A stretch of 64,000 bases of DNA, taken from the IMG/VR virus record IMGVR_UViG_3300048861_000178, positions 128,001 through 192,000 of that record. The stretch is one strand, 5' to 3'. This document shows, piece after piece, positions 47,588-58,354 of the stretch. How positions within the stretch are numbered: the stretch's first letter is position 1; each line of letters starts with the position of its first letter. The notes under the pieces were generated by a model, which saw nothing but the letters and a program-made list of their open reading frames with translations, was not told the origin of the DNA and made no database searches. The position numbers and the translations under genes were made by a program. This stretch comes from a virus. Taxonomy: Duplodnaviria; Caudoviricetes.

Positions 47588-48328
47588 TTACCACTGCTGA
47601 TGGGGTGGAGGATCTTTGAATCCCAAGAGGTCGGCCGCTGCGTTCTTGGCGGAGAGGTAGTCGTCCTTGTCGATGGGAGTGACCACATAGCCGCTATCGT
47701 CTTTCCAGCTGGCGACATTTTCCTGCACGGGTCCAACCACGCGGTAGTAGCCGGGATTGAGGAAGTGGGACTTACTAAAACGAAGCCCGTCTTCTTTTGT
47801 AACTTCCACATACAGCTCCATCTCCCCGGCAGGCTTCTTGCCTGAGCGACCGATCAGGCGCAGCGACCGGTAGAACATCTTACCTGCTGCTTGCGGGATG
47901 TACTCGTTGGTTTCCCGTGAGTACGACACCAGCCAGTGCTCGTCGCTTGCTTGCGCGTCGTACACCATGCGTGCATTCGGTTTTAAGGCTGCCTCGAAAG
48001 GGAGCGCGTAAATCTTCCAACCGCCTTTGTAGTTACCGTGTTCGGGTTTACCCGTGGAATGGTACTCGCGAAAGTCATGGTCGGCCTTCGCGTAGCCGAT
48101 CAAGCACCCCAGCAGCGTCGGGGCCACCGTTACGCGCGGGACAGTACGATCCTCGCTATAAGCCTGACGGCGCCCAATTAACGGGATAAACTTCTTGATG
48201 TTCGTGGCCGTAGAAATGTGCAGGCAGAAGTCTTGCTTGACTTCTGTCGGGGTCACAATCGTCACGTTCTTACGAACTTTTTCGGGCACAGTCTCGAGCC
48301 ATTGTGCCAGCTCGTCGGTTTGGCTCAT
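47588..48328 (-). CDS. conserved jumbo-phage protein (probable virion protein)
   Basis: LHIS..FIP..EDRTVPRVTVAPTLLGCL..EHWL. Confidence 0.7.
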   Translation of the reverse strand: MSQTDELAQWLETVPEKVRKNVTIVTPTEVKQDFCLHISTATNIKKFIPLIGRRQAYSEDRTVPRVTVAPTLLGCLIGYAKADHDFREYHSTGKPEHGNYKGGWKIYALPFEAALKPNARMVYDAQASDEHWLVSYSRETNEYIPQAAGKMFYRSLRLIGRSGKKPAGEMELYVEVTKEDGLRFSKSHFLNPGYYRVVGPVQENVASWKDDSGYVVTPIDKDDYLSAKNAAADLLGFKDPPPHQQW

Positions 48329-48451
48329 AGTGGGACCAATAAAGGGTTTGAGAGAAGTTCTATAAGATTCAGCACGAGGCGATAAAACTACGGCATAAGA
48401 GGGAGCGAGCCCTCTCGAGCCGCTCCCTCCGCATGCGTTAACTGCTGAATG

Positions 48452-50431
48452 TTACTTGCCTTTCTTCTGATGCCAGGCGATGAAGCGATCGACCATGATG
48501 GCAATGAATGCCTTCAGATCCGGTGCGACCACATAGCGACCATCGTCGTCGTGTGCGAAGGCCACGATCTGACCCTTCTTGCCCTTCGGACCAGGCTTCA
48601 TGTCCACACCGAAGAAGTCACCCGAACCCGACTCCGTGAATGCCAGCCATTTGCGGTTGCAGAATTCCGACGCATCGAGCTTGCCGTCATCATCGTCCTT
48701 GCCTGCGGGCAGGTGACCGCTGTCTTGCATCGCCACGTCGTGCGCATGTGCCTTGATAATCTCTTGGCACGCGAGCAACGTATCACCATTCAACCAACCC
48801 GGACCCTTCACTTGACCGTTGCAAAGCGAGTAAAGCTCATGGAACTCGGCAGGCAGGCGTTCGCCGAATGCCTTCTCGACTGCGGCGATTTGTTTCGGAT
48901 CAGCCGGACGGAACTGCAGGTCGATGCCGTGCTGCTGAGCATACGTCGTCAGCTTACCGAGACTTTCCTTAATCGAAGCATGGGAGACCGGGACTTCTTG
49001 CTTTTTGCCGAAGAACTCCAGGGCCATGGACTCCTGGGCAATTGACTCCATCGCCGCTGACTTCGCCGCCTTCAGCGCAGCTTCGAGCAAGTAGCAGTGG
49101 AACTTCGCTGCCCGCACCGCGCGATGCGCTTCGTGGCTACCCGGCGCAACCACCGAGTCGGAGAAGTTCTGCACCACCATCAGGATCTGATCGTAGAGTG
49201 CAGCACGGCGCGTCACGTCACCCGTACCCGAAGTCTGCCAGCTGATTTCCACGGCATCTTCGTCCGCTTCATCACCGAGCGTGATCGAGTAGTCCGTCAG
49301 ATCGAAGTCATTCCAGATCATCTCGAGCGATTCGTCGATGCGATGAAAGATCGGCCAGCTATTATGGTAGTTATCCATGTAGCTGCGCGCACCTTCCAGG
49401 TACGTCTGACCGGCCTTGATCAGGTTCTCCAGATCGTTCTCGGTCAAGCGCACGTTGGCCTTGCTGCCGTTCACGAAGAGCTTCTTCATGCCGTGCAAGA
49501 ACGAGCCGTACTCGCGCACATGGAACGGCATCGCCATCTTGGCGAGCTTTTCCATCGACACGCCACCGATCGCTACAGGCCGCGGCACGCGACCTTGGTT
49601 GGCGTAGATACCGGTCACCGACAGATAGGGCTGCTCACCCGAGACACACATCCACTTGTGGTCCAGGTACATCGAGGGAGCTTCGAGCTTTTCGAGGTCC
49701 AGTGCCGTGCGCTTGGCTTCTTCGTCGGAGTTACCTTGGCCGGTATGCAGCGCTGACTCCAGCTTGCGCAACTGAGCCATCGCTTCCTTGGAGAAGTCAC
49801 CGAGGATATAGCTCGAGAACGCCAAGTCCTCCTGCACCTTGTGCATGAAGTTGTTGTGAATCGGACCGGCGTCGTTGGAGAAGTGCTGCCACAGCCCCGA
49901 GAGATTCACATCGAGCGGCCCACGGACGATCGTGCCATTGAGTTCCTGCTGCAGCTCAGCGAGGCGGGCCTCGTACTTCTTGATGAGACCCGGCATGGTG
50001 CGCCAGCCATCCTTCCAGCCCTCGAACATCTTCTTAAAGCGCCCGTGCAGCTTGTTCTTAGCCACTGCCAGCTTGTTGCTGTCCTTGGCTTCGAGCGACA
50101 CTTCATTGCCGTCATCCCACACCGACGTCGCCGCCGTTGCCGACTTGATCAGCGCGTCGAACTCATCGTCGTCCACCACGATGGCGTCAGCTTCCAGCGC
50201 CGAGCGGATCGGAAAGCTCGGCTTGAGCATGGCGGCCGCTGCGCGCTCACGGAACTTCTCCGCTGCGTAGTTCTCCGAACCACTGAAGGGCGATTCGTTG
50301 TAGCCTGCGGTGATGAGGGGCTGTTCCGGGGTTTCACCCTGCATCATCGGCTGAACATTGCCCGTGGGGGACGAGTCGAAGGATTCCATACCCAGAGCAG
50401 CGATGCTCTCCAGGCTCATGCGTCTTTTCAT
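48452..50431 (-). CDS. internal head protein fused to a C-terminal SMI1/KNR4 (SUKH) domain
   Basis: SLE/GME/ALE sites; AMESIAQESMALE linker; IAAVEKAFGERLPAEFHELYSLCNG, GSGDFFGVD..GQIV. Confidence 0.8.
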   Translation of the reverse strand: MKRRMSLESIAALGMESFDSSPTGNVQPMMQGETPEQPLITAGYNESPFSGSENYAAEKFRERAAAAMLKPSFPIRSALEADAIVVDDDEFDALIKSATAATSVWDDGNEVSLEAKDSNKLAVAKNKLHGRFKKMFEGWKDGWRTMPGLIKKYEARLAELQQELNGTIVRGPLDVNLSGLWQHFSNDAGPIHNNFMHKVQEDLAFSSYILGDFSKEAMAQLRKLESALHTGQGNSDEEAKRTALDLEKLEAPSMYLDHKWMCVSGEQPYLSVTGIYANQGRVPRPVAIGGVSMEKLAKMAMPFHVREYGSFLHGMKKLFVNGSKANVRLTENDLENLIKAGQTYLEGARSYMDNYHNSWPIFHRIDESLEMIWNDFDLTDYSITLGDEADEDAVEISWQTSGTGDVTRRAALYDQILMVVQNFSDSVVAPGSHEAHRAVRAAKFHCYLLEAALKAAKSAAMESIAQESMALEFFGKKQEVPVSHASIKESLGKLTTYAQQHGIDLQFRPADPKQIAAVEKAFGERLPAEFHELYSLCNGQVKGPGWLNGDTLLACQEIIKAHAHDVAMQDSGHLPAGKDDDDGKLDASEFCNRKWLAFTESGSGDFFGVDMKPGPKGKKGQIVAFAHDDDGRYVVAPDLKAFIAIMVDRFIAWHQKKGK

Positions 50432-50433
50432 GG

Positions 50434-50988
50434 TTATTTCTCGAGAATGGTGAACTTGATAACTGCGGGCGGAAACATGATGACTTCTTTTTGTGTTTCC
50501 GGACGAATATTGCGAAGCTGGGAGACGAGCACCGAGAGTTCGTCCGTGATGACAAGACCCAATTCCTTAGAAGGGTCCACTACCGTTCGGATCACCGTCG
50601 AACCAAAAGCTTGGGCGATCGAGAGCTCCGTACTAAAAGAGAGCGGATTCTCGAGCACGTAGTCATGTCGCTGTCCGATAGCGTAGTTCTTGGGCATGCC
50701 CATGATGTCTTGATACGTACTCGACGGATCAAAGCCTCGGTAAAGCGGCATCTCGCGGAACTTGTAAAGGTCGTTGACAATCTTGGCCAAAGCACGCAAC
50801 GAGGGCAGGAGCGTCTTGTCCGGATGCAAGATCCAACGATCGAGCTGCTTGAGCAACTCAGTGTGCTGGGAGAGCGCTGCGAGCTTATCGTGATCGATCT
50901 GGGTAAAGTCAATCACCTGGGCACCGTCCTTGAGCGCTTTCCAGAACGCCCACTCCATCGCAGGCGTGCGTTTTGCTATGAAATGCAT
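50434..50988 (-). CDS. ADP-ribosyltransferase-like protein (R-S-E clade)
   Basis: LYRG, LSFST, QKEV. Confidence 0.65.
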   Translation of the reverse strand: MHFIAKRTPAMEWAFWKALKDGAQVIDFTQIDHDKLAALSQHTELLKQLDRWILHPDKTLLPSLRALAKIVNDLYKFREMPLYRGFDPSSTYQDIMGMPKNYAIGQRHDYVLENPLSFSTELSIAQAFGSTVIRTVVDPSKELGLVITDELSVLVSQLRNIRPETQKEVIMFPPAVIKFTILEK

Positions 50989-50995
50989 ACCTGCC

Positions 50996-53089
50996 TCACA
51001 CGTTGGACCACGACATCCAGTTGGGTTGAACGATGATACTGCCAGTCTCGACCTTCTCGGCGTCGCCTTCGGTACCCCCGTCGTTAAACGTTTCCATCGC
51101 CAGCTCGTACCGATCGGCCTTCTGTTGCAGGCTGTAGGCTTCCAGCGCCAGATCCAGCCCTGCGCTACTCGTGCCCATGATCGAATCGACCATTTCCCGC
51201 GACCAGTTCAAGATGTCATTCGAACGCGTCGAGATGTTCGGCACACCCTTGGTATCCAGAAACACATTCCAGATCGTGCAGGGGAACTTCTGACCAATCC
51301 GATCGATCCGTGCAATCGCCTGCTTGTACTCGTAGTCCCGAAACGGCGCGTTCAGGTTGATCATGGTCGAGGCGGAGAGCACCGGCACAGCGGTCGACAA
51401 GGAATCGAAGGTCGCAATCAGCGGGTTCAGATCCTCGTCCTCATCAAAGCGCTTGATGATGCCCTTCAGGTCCTTGTTGGTCTCGCCGTAGACGAGCAAG
51501 GGCTGGTAGCCTTCCTTCTGCAGATACTCATCCGCGGCTTTGACCACGTTCACGTAGGACGTGAAGATCAGCGTCTTGGACATCGAGCCATCAATGAGCT
51601 CCGGCATCCCCACGTACGGCAACATGTCAACGTGACACTGCGCGCGCAGCTTACCCAAAATCCGCCCCAAGGCTTCGCCCTGGACTTTCAAGTCCATGTA
51701 CTTCACCACCGAGCGCGCATCCAGGAACGAGATCTTTAGATCCCGTGGCAAACTCGGAGCGATCTTCTGCTTCTCGAACTTGTTACAGAACATCACCATG
51801 TCCTTCATCGTCTTCGGGTCGTACCCTTGGATGATCTGGCTGATGTAGCCCTGGTACTTCTTGTACTCGTTCCTGGCAGGACCATCACGCAGCGTGCGCT
51901 CGTAGATCCCGCAGGCCGTGTAGTAGATGTTCTGGAAGCCCTTGAAGTTTGCCTGGTAGTAGGCCATGCGCTCGGTAATGAACGCCTTCATGACGTCCTT
52001 CACCGCGTCAAGCGTATAGACGCCTCCATTGGGCATCTCGACGTTCTTCTGGATCTCCTTGCGGTTGTTATCCACCACGTTGTCGACCTTGTACATCATC
52101 TGTCCAAGGCGGTTACGCAGGATATCATTCGCGCGCACGGAGTTCTTACCGAAGATCTCCTTAAAGCGCAACTGGGCGTCCTGATTGAAGTCCGTACACA
52201 GCACCGTGAGAATCGGAATTGCCTCAGCCCCGATGGCTTTCATCGGTGTACCTGACATCGGCAACACATGCTGGCAGTCAATCACCTTGCACAGATCGAT
52301 CCACAGGTTCGTACGCAGGCTATCGAGCTCATTCAGGTTGTGGGACTCGTCCACGATCATGAACGGCTTACGCAGCTTGTGCTGGTGTTGCTTGAAGAAC
52401 TCGATCGCCTTCGGGAGCTGCTCGTAGTGGAACACGTAGTGGCGATAGCCCCACTCAAGCGGCTTACCGGAAAGCGTGGTCCAGTACTTGTGGTTCTCTG
52501 GCTTCTTAAAGAGCGCGCGCAGCGTCTTGTCCCACACCTCATCTACCGCGGGCTTCGGTACCAGCTCGATAAACACATCGGCATTCAGTACACAGCCAAG
52601 CGCAATCGAGTTAATCGTCTTACCCGAGCCAGGGGCGGCTGCCAGTACGTAGCCTTTCAACTTCATGCGTGGCACCATCTCGTTATAGAGCTGGAGGAAC
52701 TCTGCCTGATGGGGGAGCAGGTTCACATTCAGTTCATCGAGTTGGCTGAAATCCAGAATGGCCGGGTGCGAGGTTTCCCGCACACTCTTGAGCCAGGTGT
52801 TCTCGTACATCAGGTCGACGATCTTTTGCAGCGCACGGTTGTTATAGTTACGGCTACGCAGCTTGATGATCGTCTCGAAGGTGTAGACGATGTCAGGGGC
52901 AAAGAACTTGTTGAACGAAACGCTTGAGCGTCCCATCTTGGTGAACATGAACATCGCGATCTTGCTGGTAGACCAGATTTTCGTGATGTCGCGGGCAATC
53001 ACATCGGCAGGCAAGCCTTCGATATGGATGAGTTTTTCATCCTCGAAGACGTCGATGGAGCCGATTAGGCGTTTAAAACCGGAAAACAT
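50996..53089 (-). CDS. SNF2/DEAD-like superfamily 2 helicase
   Basis: APGSGKT, VDESHN, SGTP, QAIARIDRIGQ. Confidence 0.9.
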   Translation of the reverse strand: MFSGFKRLIGSIDVFEDEKLIHIEGLPADVIARDITKIWSTSKIAMFMFTKMGRSSVSFNKFFAPDIVYTFETIIKLRSRNYNNRALQKIVDLMYENTWLKSVRETSHPAILDFSQLDELNVNLLPHQAEFLQLYNEMVPRMKLKGYVLAAAPGSGKTINSIALGCVLNADVFIELVPKPAVDEVWDKTLRALFKKPENHKYWTTLSGKPLEWGYRHYVFHYEQLPKAIEFFKQHQHKLRKPFMIVDESHNLNELDSLRTNLWIDLCKVIDCQHVLPMSGTPMKAIGAEAIPILTVLCTDFNQDAQLRFKEIFGKNSVRANDILRNRLGQMMYKVDNVVDNNRKEIQKNVEMPNGGVYTLDAVKDVMKAFITERMAYYQANFKGFQNIYYTACGIYERTLRDGPARNEYKKYQGYISQIIQGYDPKTMKDMVMFCNKFEKQKIAPSLPRDLKISFLDARSVVKYMDLKVQGEALGRILGKLRAQCHVDMLPYVGMPELIDGSMSKTLIFTSYVNVVKAADEYLQKEGYQPLLVYGETNKDLKGIIKRFDEDEDLNPLIATFDSLSTAVPVLSASTMINLNAPFRDYEYKQAIARIDRIGQKFPCTIWNVFLDTKGVPNISTRSNDILNWSREMVDSIMGTSSAGLDLALEAYSLQQKADRYELAMETFNDGGTEGDAEKVETGSIIVQPNWMSWSNV

Positions 53090-53264
53090 TCGCACCCCTG
53101 AGAGTCGGTGTATAGTTAGCGGACCAAAAATGGATTCATAACTATTTCGGCTCGATTCTTTTACTGGCATTGAAGCGGCATAAAAGGCTAGGGCAACACC
53201 TGGGCTGGTCAGGCCCAAGTGTCACACCTAGCGGTACTACAGGGGAGGTACTACAAGGAAACAG

Positions 53265-54818
53265 TTAGAGTTGCAAAGGGTCATCGAGCGCTGCAAACCA
53301 CGGCGTTTCATCAGTACTACCAATCGGACCGCCACCCACCTTACGGCGCGTCGTGTCCGGCCCGTTCAGATCGTCCAGAATACCCCCAACCGGCTGGAAG
53401 GGCAGCACACAGTACTGATCAATCAACGGGGTCTGTCCCACAATCCGGTGCTTACCACGCTGCACCGTGAGCCAGGACTGGCCATTCACGATTTCAATGT
53501 GAATGTAGAGCTCCAGATCCACTTCCTGGTCAATCTGACGGCTACCTGCGTAGTAGCCCTTGTTCGCGATTTCCTTCACGAAGTCGGTCTTACCGTCACG
53601 CACCAATTGCTTGGCCTCGGTGGAGAGCTGGTGCGGCGTGATAAAGGTGATCTTGCGCGGGTTGGTGAAGTTACGCATGCGACGGAACATGTCGCGCACG
53701 TCGTGACCGGCCGGGCCTTGTGAGCAACCGGTGGTCGGCACCATGTACAGGTAGTCGACGATGAGCGCATGGATTTCGTAGCCGTCCGCTTCGTACTCGA
53801 TGAGCTTGTTGCAGATGTCCATGTACGACCACTTGGTCGGGTCCACCCGCAGCATGTCAATGTGATAACCATTGACCCCCATCTTCTCCTTCACGTACGC
53901 CGCAATCTCTTGCGGATCGGCCCCTTCGAGTTCCTTATCGGTTACCGCGACGCCGGTCTCGTTTTCCTTGAGCGACGTATAAAGGAAGCGCATGTTGTTG
54001 TTGATGTCGTCCTCAAACGAGATCCGCAACAGCAAGGGCTTCTTGGTCGGATCAATCATCTCCGGCACATTGTAGAGCGCCAGGTGTTTGAAGATCGACA
54101 GCGTAAAGCCCGTTTTGTACTTGTGCTGCAACGCGCCGATCACCACCTGCTCGCCACGGCGGAAGCCGCCGCGCAGCATGCGGTTAATGCCCTGCCAGCC
54201 GGTACGCAGAATCGAGTTACCGTTGGACTCTTGCTGAATGTCCTTAAACACTTCGGCCATCGAGTCCAGGTTGCTAAACGAGACGTGTGAGACAATCGCC
54301 GGATCTTTGGTGACGGCGTCTTGCTGATAGGGTTCCAGCTCGGCACACACCTCAGCGACGAATTGCTTCATGTCCGTGATGTTCTCACGGTTGAACTTCA
54401 CCGCGACGCCTGCGCGGTGCAAGATCTCTTTGACCTTCTCTTCGCGGAAGTAATTCTGCAACGTACGGCGAATGTTCAGGCAGGTACGCTTCAGCGAGCC
54501 TTCTTGCAGCTCCGAGCTAATACCTTGTTCAAACGCTTCATACATCGCTTGGTCTTCCCCACAGACCACCTTCATGCGCTGCATGATTTCGAGCGGCTCG
54601 TACTGATGGTCCTGGGGCGTGTCGCACATTGCCAGTGCGCAGCTCTTCAGACCCGCGAGCGTCTCGGTTTCGGGATCAAGCGTGAGGTTCACCTCAGGCA
54701 TCTTGATGGTGGACACAATGTTGCGCACCAGATTCTGGCTACGCTCCATCGTCGGTGGCAATTGACTTTCGCGGTAAAGCAGGGTGATTGCATTCACCAA
54801 AAGGAGTCGGTTATTCAT
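53265..54818 (-). CDS. dnaB: replicative DNA helicase DnaB (phiKZ gp118-like)
   Basis: TGWQGINRML.GGFRRG, ALQHKYKTG, IVDYL, TPHQLS, RGKHR; divergent from the capsid operon as in phiKZ. Confidence 0.9.
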   Translation of the reverse strand: MNNRLLLVNAITLLYRESQLPPTMERSQNLVRNIVSTIKMPEVNLTLDPETETLAGLKSCALAMCDTPQDHQYEPLEIMQRMKVVCGEDQAMYEAFEQGISSELQEGSLKRTCLNIRRTLQNYFREEKVKEILHRAGVAVKFNRENITDMKQFVAEVCAELEPYQQDAVTKDPAIVSHVSFSNLDSMAEVFKDIQQESNGNSILRTGWQGINRMLRGGFRRGEQVVIGALQHKYKTGFTLSIFKHLALYNVPEMIDPTKKPLLLRISFEDDINNNMRFLYTSLKENETGVAVTDKELEGADPQEIAAYVKEKMGVNGYHIDMLRVDPTKWSYMDICNKLIEYEADGYEIHALIVDYLYMVPTTGCSQGPAGHDVRDMFRRMRNFTNPRKITFITPHQLSTEAKQLVRDGKTDFVKEIANKGYYAGSRQIDQEVDLELYIHIEIVNGQSWLTVQRGKHRIVGQTPLIDQYCVLPFQPVGGILDDLNGPDTTRRKVGGGPIGSTDETPWFAALDDPLQL

Positions 54819-55032
54819 TTCTGCGCGTTAATGGTAGTTATCCCCAAGAGGCTTGGTCCCCGTCAACCACTATCATCTCTATGAAAATGATTATGTTGTG
54901 GCAGAACGACTAATCTCGGGTAAAGGAATTCTTGCGTATGCCTGCTGTCGAGGGATCTGCTTCGTCCCCTGTACATACTCTAGGCACACGGCTTCAAAAT
55001 TAACATCTGACCCATCATTGGGAGCATCAACC

Positions 55033-55602
55033 GTGGCCGAAAAAAAGATTGTGGTGGTCCCTTACTGGATCGCCGATTCCATTCATCGTAACAAGATGAA
55101 TCTGGCGGACATGCTCGATTTCGAGAAGATCCGTCGTGTTTGTGCGCCCGCCGATATGGCTGGCCTCCTGATTGTGCAGGAATTTGCTACCCATCTTGTG
55201 GGTGGTGATCTTCACATTGGGACCTGGGGAATCCACCAGGCGTGGTATGAATCACTTCGTACGGAGGAGAGCCGAACCTTTTACCAGAACACGGTCATCC
55301 CGCTAACCTGCGATGAGTCGTTCGTCAAGGACGCGAAAGATCGCTTGTTTGGCGAAGACAGTCGCACTGAGCGTCACAGTGAACCTTTTAATTACTATGA
55401 CATAGCTCCTGCCGTTGGCGCGATGGTCATTAGTCCGGGCTTCTATACTGCCAGTGCTCCCGATGAGCTCTACCTCGCTACGGTGGAAGCAATTCTAAAA
55501 GCATTGTATGTGTACACACCGCCTAACGAGGTGGCTCGAACACCTTGGTTCAAGCGTTGGCTGCAACTGCTGTCCAAGAAAAAAGTAGCAGTGGCGGCCT
55601 AA
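55033..55602 (+). CDS. conserved protein upstream of MCP (phiKZ gp119 position)
   Basis: GGAG SD, GTG 55033; synteny. Confidence 0.7.
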   Translation: MAEKKIVVVPYWIADSIHRNKMNLADMLDFEKIRRVCAPADMAGLLIVQEFATHLVGGDLHIGTWGIHQAWYESLRTEESRTFYQNTVIPLTCDESFVKDAKDRLFGEDSRTERHSEPFNYYDIAPAVGAMVISPGFYTASAPDELYLATVEAILKALYVYTPPNEVARTPWFKRWLQLLSKKKVAVAA

Positions 55603-55651
55603 ACGGTTTCAGCCCCAATAGCAACTTCGTTTAACTCAAGGGAAACAAAAG

Positions 55652-57856
55652 ATGTCTTCCAAACTGTATCAAATCGGCAACGCTGGCCAGGACGGCACGA
55701 TCAACTCGCTGGTTGCGAAGGTCCAACATGCTGTCAACCGCAGCGGCCCGCACATCGAAAAGCGCCTGGCATCGTCCGTCGTTGCGATGGAATCGCTCGA
55801 CGCAACCACGCAGCTCGAACTCGAAGGCTCGGTGAAGGGTCTGAAGACCTCGCTCGAATCGATCAGCTCGCAATTCGCGGCTGAACTGAACGCGAACGAC
55901 GGCCTGATCAAGGGCAAGCACACCGTCGCGCAAAAGCAAGCAGGTCTGGTCGCGGCAATCGTCGCGGGCGACATGGCTGGCTTCCTGAAGGCACCGGTCG
56001 CACGCAAGGTTTCGCTCGAAGGCCACACGTTCATCCCCGCGATGGGCAACGGCGCGATGGATCACCGTCAGTCGAAGGCGCTCGAAGCCTACGACGAGCG
56101 TGAAACGAAGTCGGCTACCGTGTACTCGGTGGCGTACAACCTGCAAGCTGCACGTCAAGACGAATTCGGCGAAGCGTTCTTCCCGACCGTCGTCGTCACG
56201 CCGGACCAGTACGGCTACACCGTGTCGATTCGCCTCGTGCAAGTGTACGACGAAGTTCGTCGCACCATCGACGGCGCGCTGAGCAAGAACTTCGGCAAGA
56301 AGAACATCATCCAGGCCCTGATCGATCCGACCATCCTGCGCAACGACCTCTCGAAGATCGTCCCGGTCTATCGTCCGGAAAGCGCAGCGAACTTCGTCGC
56401 GACCAGCCTGGTTCCGGCTGCCGACATCGAACACGAAGGCGTGTCGATCAAGACGGCGCCGCTCGCGATCGGCAAGTCGTTCTCGCTGCTCGGCATCTCG
56501 CAAACCGACGCGCTGCTCGAAACCGGCATGCTGGACTCGACCGACGCAATCGACCCGGCGATCAAGCTGAGCTCGCTGTACCTGCAAGTCGGCTCGGGCG
56601 GTTCGGCCGAAGTCATCAAGTTCAAGTCTGTTGCCAACATGCAATCGGGTACGTTCACGTACTCGGTGCAGAACAACTACCGTCTGATGACGCTGAACTT
56701 CATCAGCAACGCGCTCGTGCTGAACGTGAACACGAAGAAGGCCGACGGTTCGGCTTCGACGGTTCTCGCGCCGATCGTGCAAGGCAACTACGAAGTCAAG
56801 CTGTCGGTGCAAGTGTTCGGCAACGTGAACCTCGAACTCGCTGACACGCAACTGTCGGCTGGTCAAGTGTCGATCTACGAAATCCGTGACGAAGACGGCA
56901 ACATCGTCGATCCGACCACGGGCGCAGGCGCAACCATCGCTACGGCGCTGGCTGGCGCATCGATCGTCGGTTACGACCTCGACGCACGTCGCACCAACAC
57001 GAACCGTCGTGAACGCGGTCAGCTGCTCGACCTCACGTTCTACAACATGGTTTACGGCGTGCCGCTGCTGTCGCCGATCACGATTCCGCGTCCGCTGACG
57101 CTGGGCGACCAGAACGACGCAAGCGATCTGGCTGCACTGATCACGGCAACGCACATCCGTACGTCGAATGCTGCAGTGGCGAAGCTGCTGGACGTCGAAA
57201 CGGCGCTGAAGGAACTGGTCACGGCCAACGGTGGTCTGTATCAAGGCGATCCGGAAATCCTCGGCGTGGCGCGTTTCCTGGTGACTCCGTTCTACGAGCA
57301 CCAAGACTACAGCGCACCGGCAGTGGTGGACTCGATCAAGTCGCACGAACGTGCGGCCGACATCCAGGCCTCGCTGATCAACATCCTGCGCGACATGGCT
57401 TACCGCATGTACCGCGACTCGGGCTACAAGGCTGCTGCAGACGCATTGGCTGGCGGCATCGCTGCTACGCCGACCGTCATCATCGGTACGGACCCGGTCA
57501 TCGCGCGTTACCTGCAAGTCACGGGCGACTTCCGTACGCTCGGCAACGACTTCAACGTGAAGATCGTGTCGACGCTGAACATCAACATGCGCGGCAAGAT
57601 CCGCATGTCGTTCGGCGAATTCGGTGAAGGCAAGGAAGGCGTGCCGAACCCGATGCACTTCGGCAACATGGCATGGAAGCCGGAACTGACGCTGATTCTC
57701 CCGCTGCACCGCAACGGCGCAAACAGCAAGGAAATCACGGTCCAGCCGTCGTTCCTGCACGTCGTGAACCTGCCGATCATGGGTTCGATCGACGTGAGCG
57801 GCATCGAAGACGTGGTGACGGCGAAGGTTGCTGTCAACATGCACACGGTGTCGTGA
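55652..57856 (+). CDS. major capsid protein (phiKZ gp120-like)
   Basis: 734 aa; propeptide with AME/SLE/ALE; RQDEFGEAFFPT; strongly biased codons; synteny. Confidence 0.92.
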   Translation: MSSKLYQIGNAGQDGTINSLVAKVQHAVNRSGPHIEKRLASSVVAMESLDATTQLELEGSVKGLKTSLESISSQFAAELNANDGLIKGKHTVAQKQAGLVAAIVAGDMAGFLKAPVARKVSLEGHTFIPAMGNGAMDHRQSKALEAYDERETKSATVYSVAYNLQAARQDEFGEAFFPTVVVTPDQYGYTVSIRLVQVYDEVRRTIDGALSKNFGKKNIIQALIDPTILRNDLSKIVPVYRPESAANFVATSLVPAADIEHEGVSIKTAPLAIGKSFSLLGISQTDALLETGMLDSTDAIDPAIKLSSLYLQVGSGGSAEVIKFKSVANMQSGTFTYSVQNNYRLMTLNFISNALVLNVNTKKADGSASTVLAPIVQGNYEVKLSVQVFGNVNLELADTQLSAGQVSIYEIRDEDGNIVDPTTGAGATIATALAGASIVGYDLDARRTNTNRRERGQLLDLTFYNMVYGVPLLSPITIPRPLTLGDQNDASDLAALITATHIRTSNAAVAKLLDVETALKELVTANGGLYQGDPEILGVARFLVTPFYEHQDYSAPAVVDSIKSHERAADIQASLINILRDMAYRMYRDSGYKAAADALAGGIAATPTVIIGTDPVIARYLQVTGDFRTLGNDFNVKIVSTLNINMRGKIRMSFGEFGEGKEGVPNPMHFGNMAWKPELTLILPLHRNGANSKEITVQPSFLHVVNLPIMGSIDVSGIEDVVTAKVAVNMHTVS

Positions 57857-58058
57857 AGAACACGCTTGGTTGATGTAACTGACCTGGGTGGATTTCAGAT
57901 CTACTCAGGTTAGCCTTGAGCCATGCGTCGGTGCAGCTGTTGGGGCTGTGTAGGTCTCGCCCAGGGGGTCCTGGGCGAGGTCTATTTATGCTGTCTATGG
58001 TTACATGGCCAGGCACAACACCCATGGGAACATGGGCAGCACCGTTTGCAGACATGAG

Positions 58059-58087
58059 GCCCGAGGGAAACCTCGGGCTTTATGCCG
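58059..58087 (+). terminator. hairpin + TTATGCCG element
   Basis: gcccgagg-gaaa-cctcgggc-tttatgccg; same stem as 2363-2382. Confidence 0.65.
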
Positions 58088-58271
58088 TTCTTGCCTTCCC
58101 TTCAGAAGGTGAGTCGCTGACGTCAAAACTGCTGGGCGTATTTTTGTACTGAGCTCAGGTATCTATTGAGGAGGAAACGGCAACGGGACTTCCTTAATCC
58201 GAAGGTGGGGGTAGCCTAATCAGCTACCCTCGCTGGGTGTTTTATGCCGTTGTTCAAAGAATCTTCAGCGA

Positions 58272-58279
58272 TATATTAC
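58272..58279 (+). promoter_or_regulatory. phiKZ-type early promoter of the nvRNAP operon
   Basis: ttcagcga-TATATTAC. Confidence 0.6.
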
Positions 58280-58354
58280 TTAACTGGCATCAGAATGAAT
58301 AGGCCAGCTGAGATGCGATGTACTCGGCTTAACTTTCACGCAGTAGAGGGACTT

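Noticed and set aside
47588-48328. Second ADP-ribosyltransferase
   Set aside because: The H..S..E pattern is suggestive but too weak to call without a profile search.
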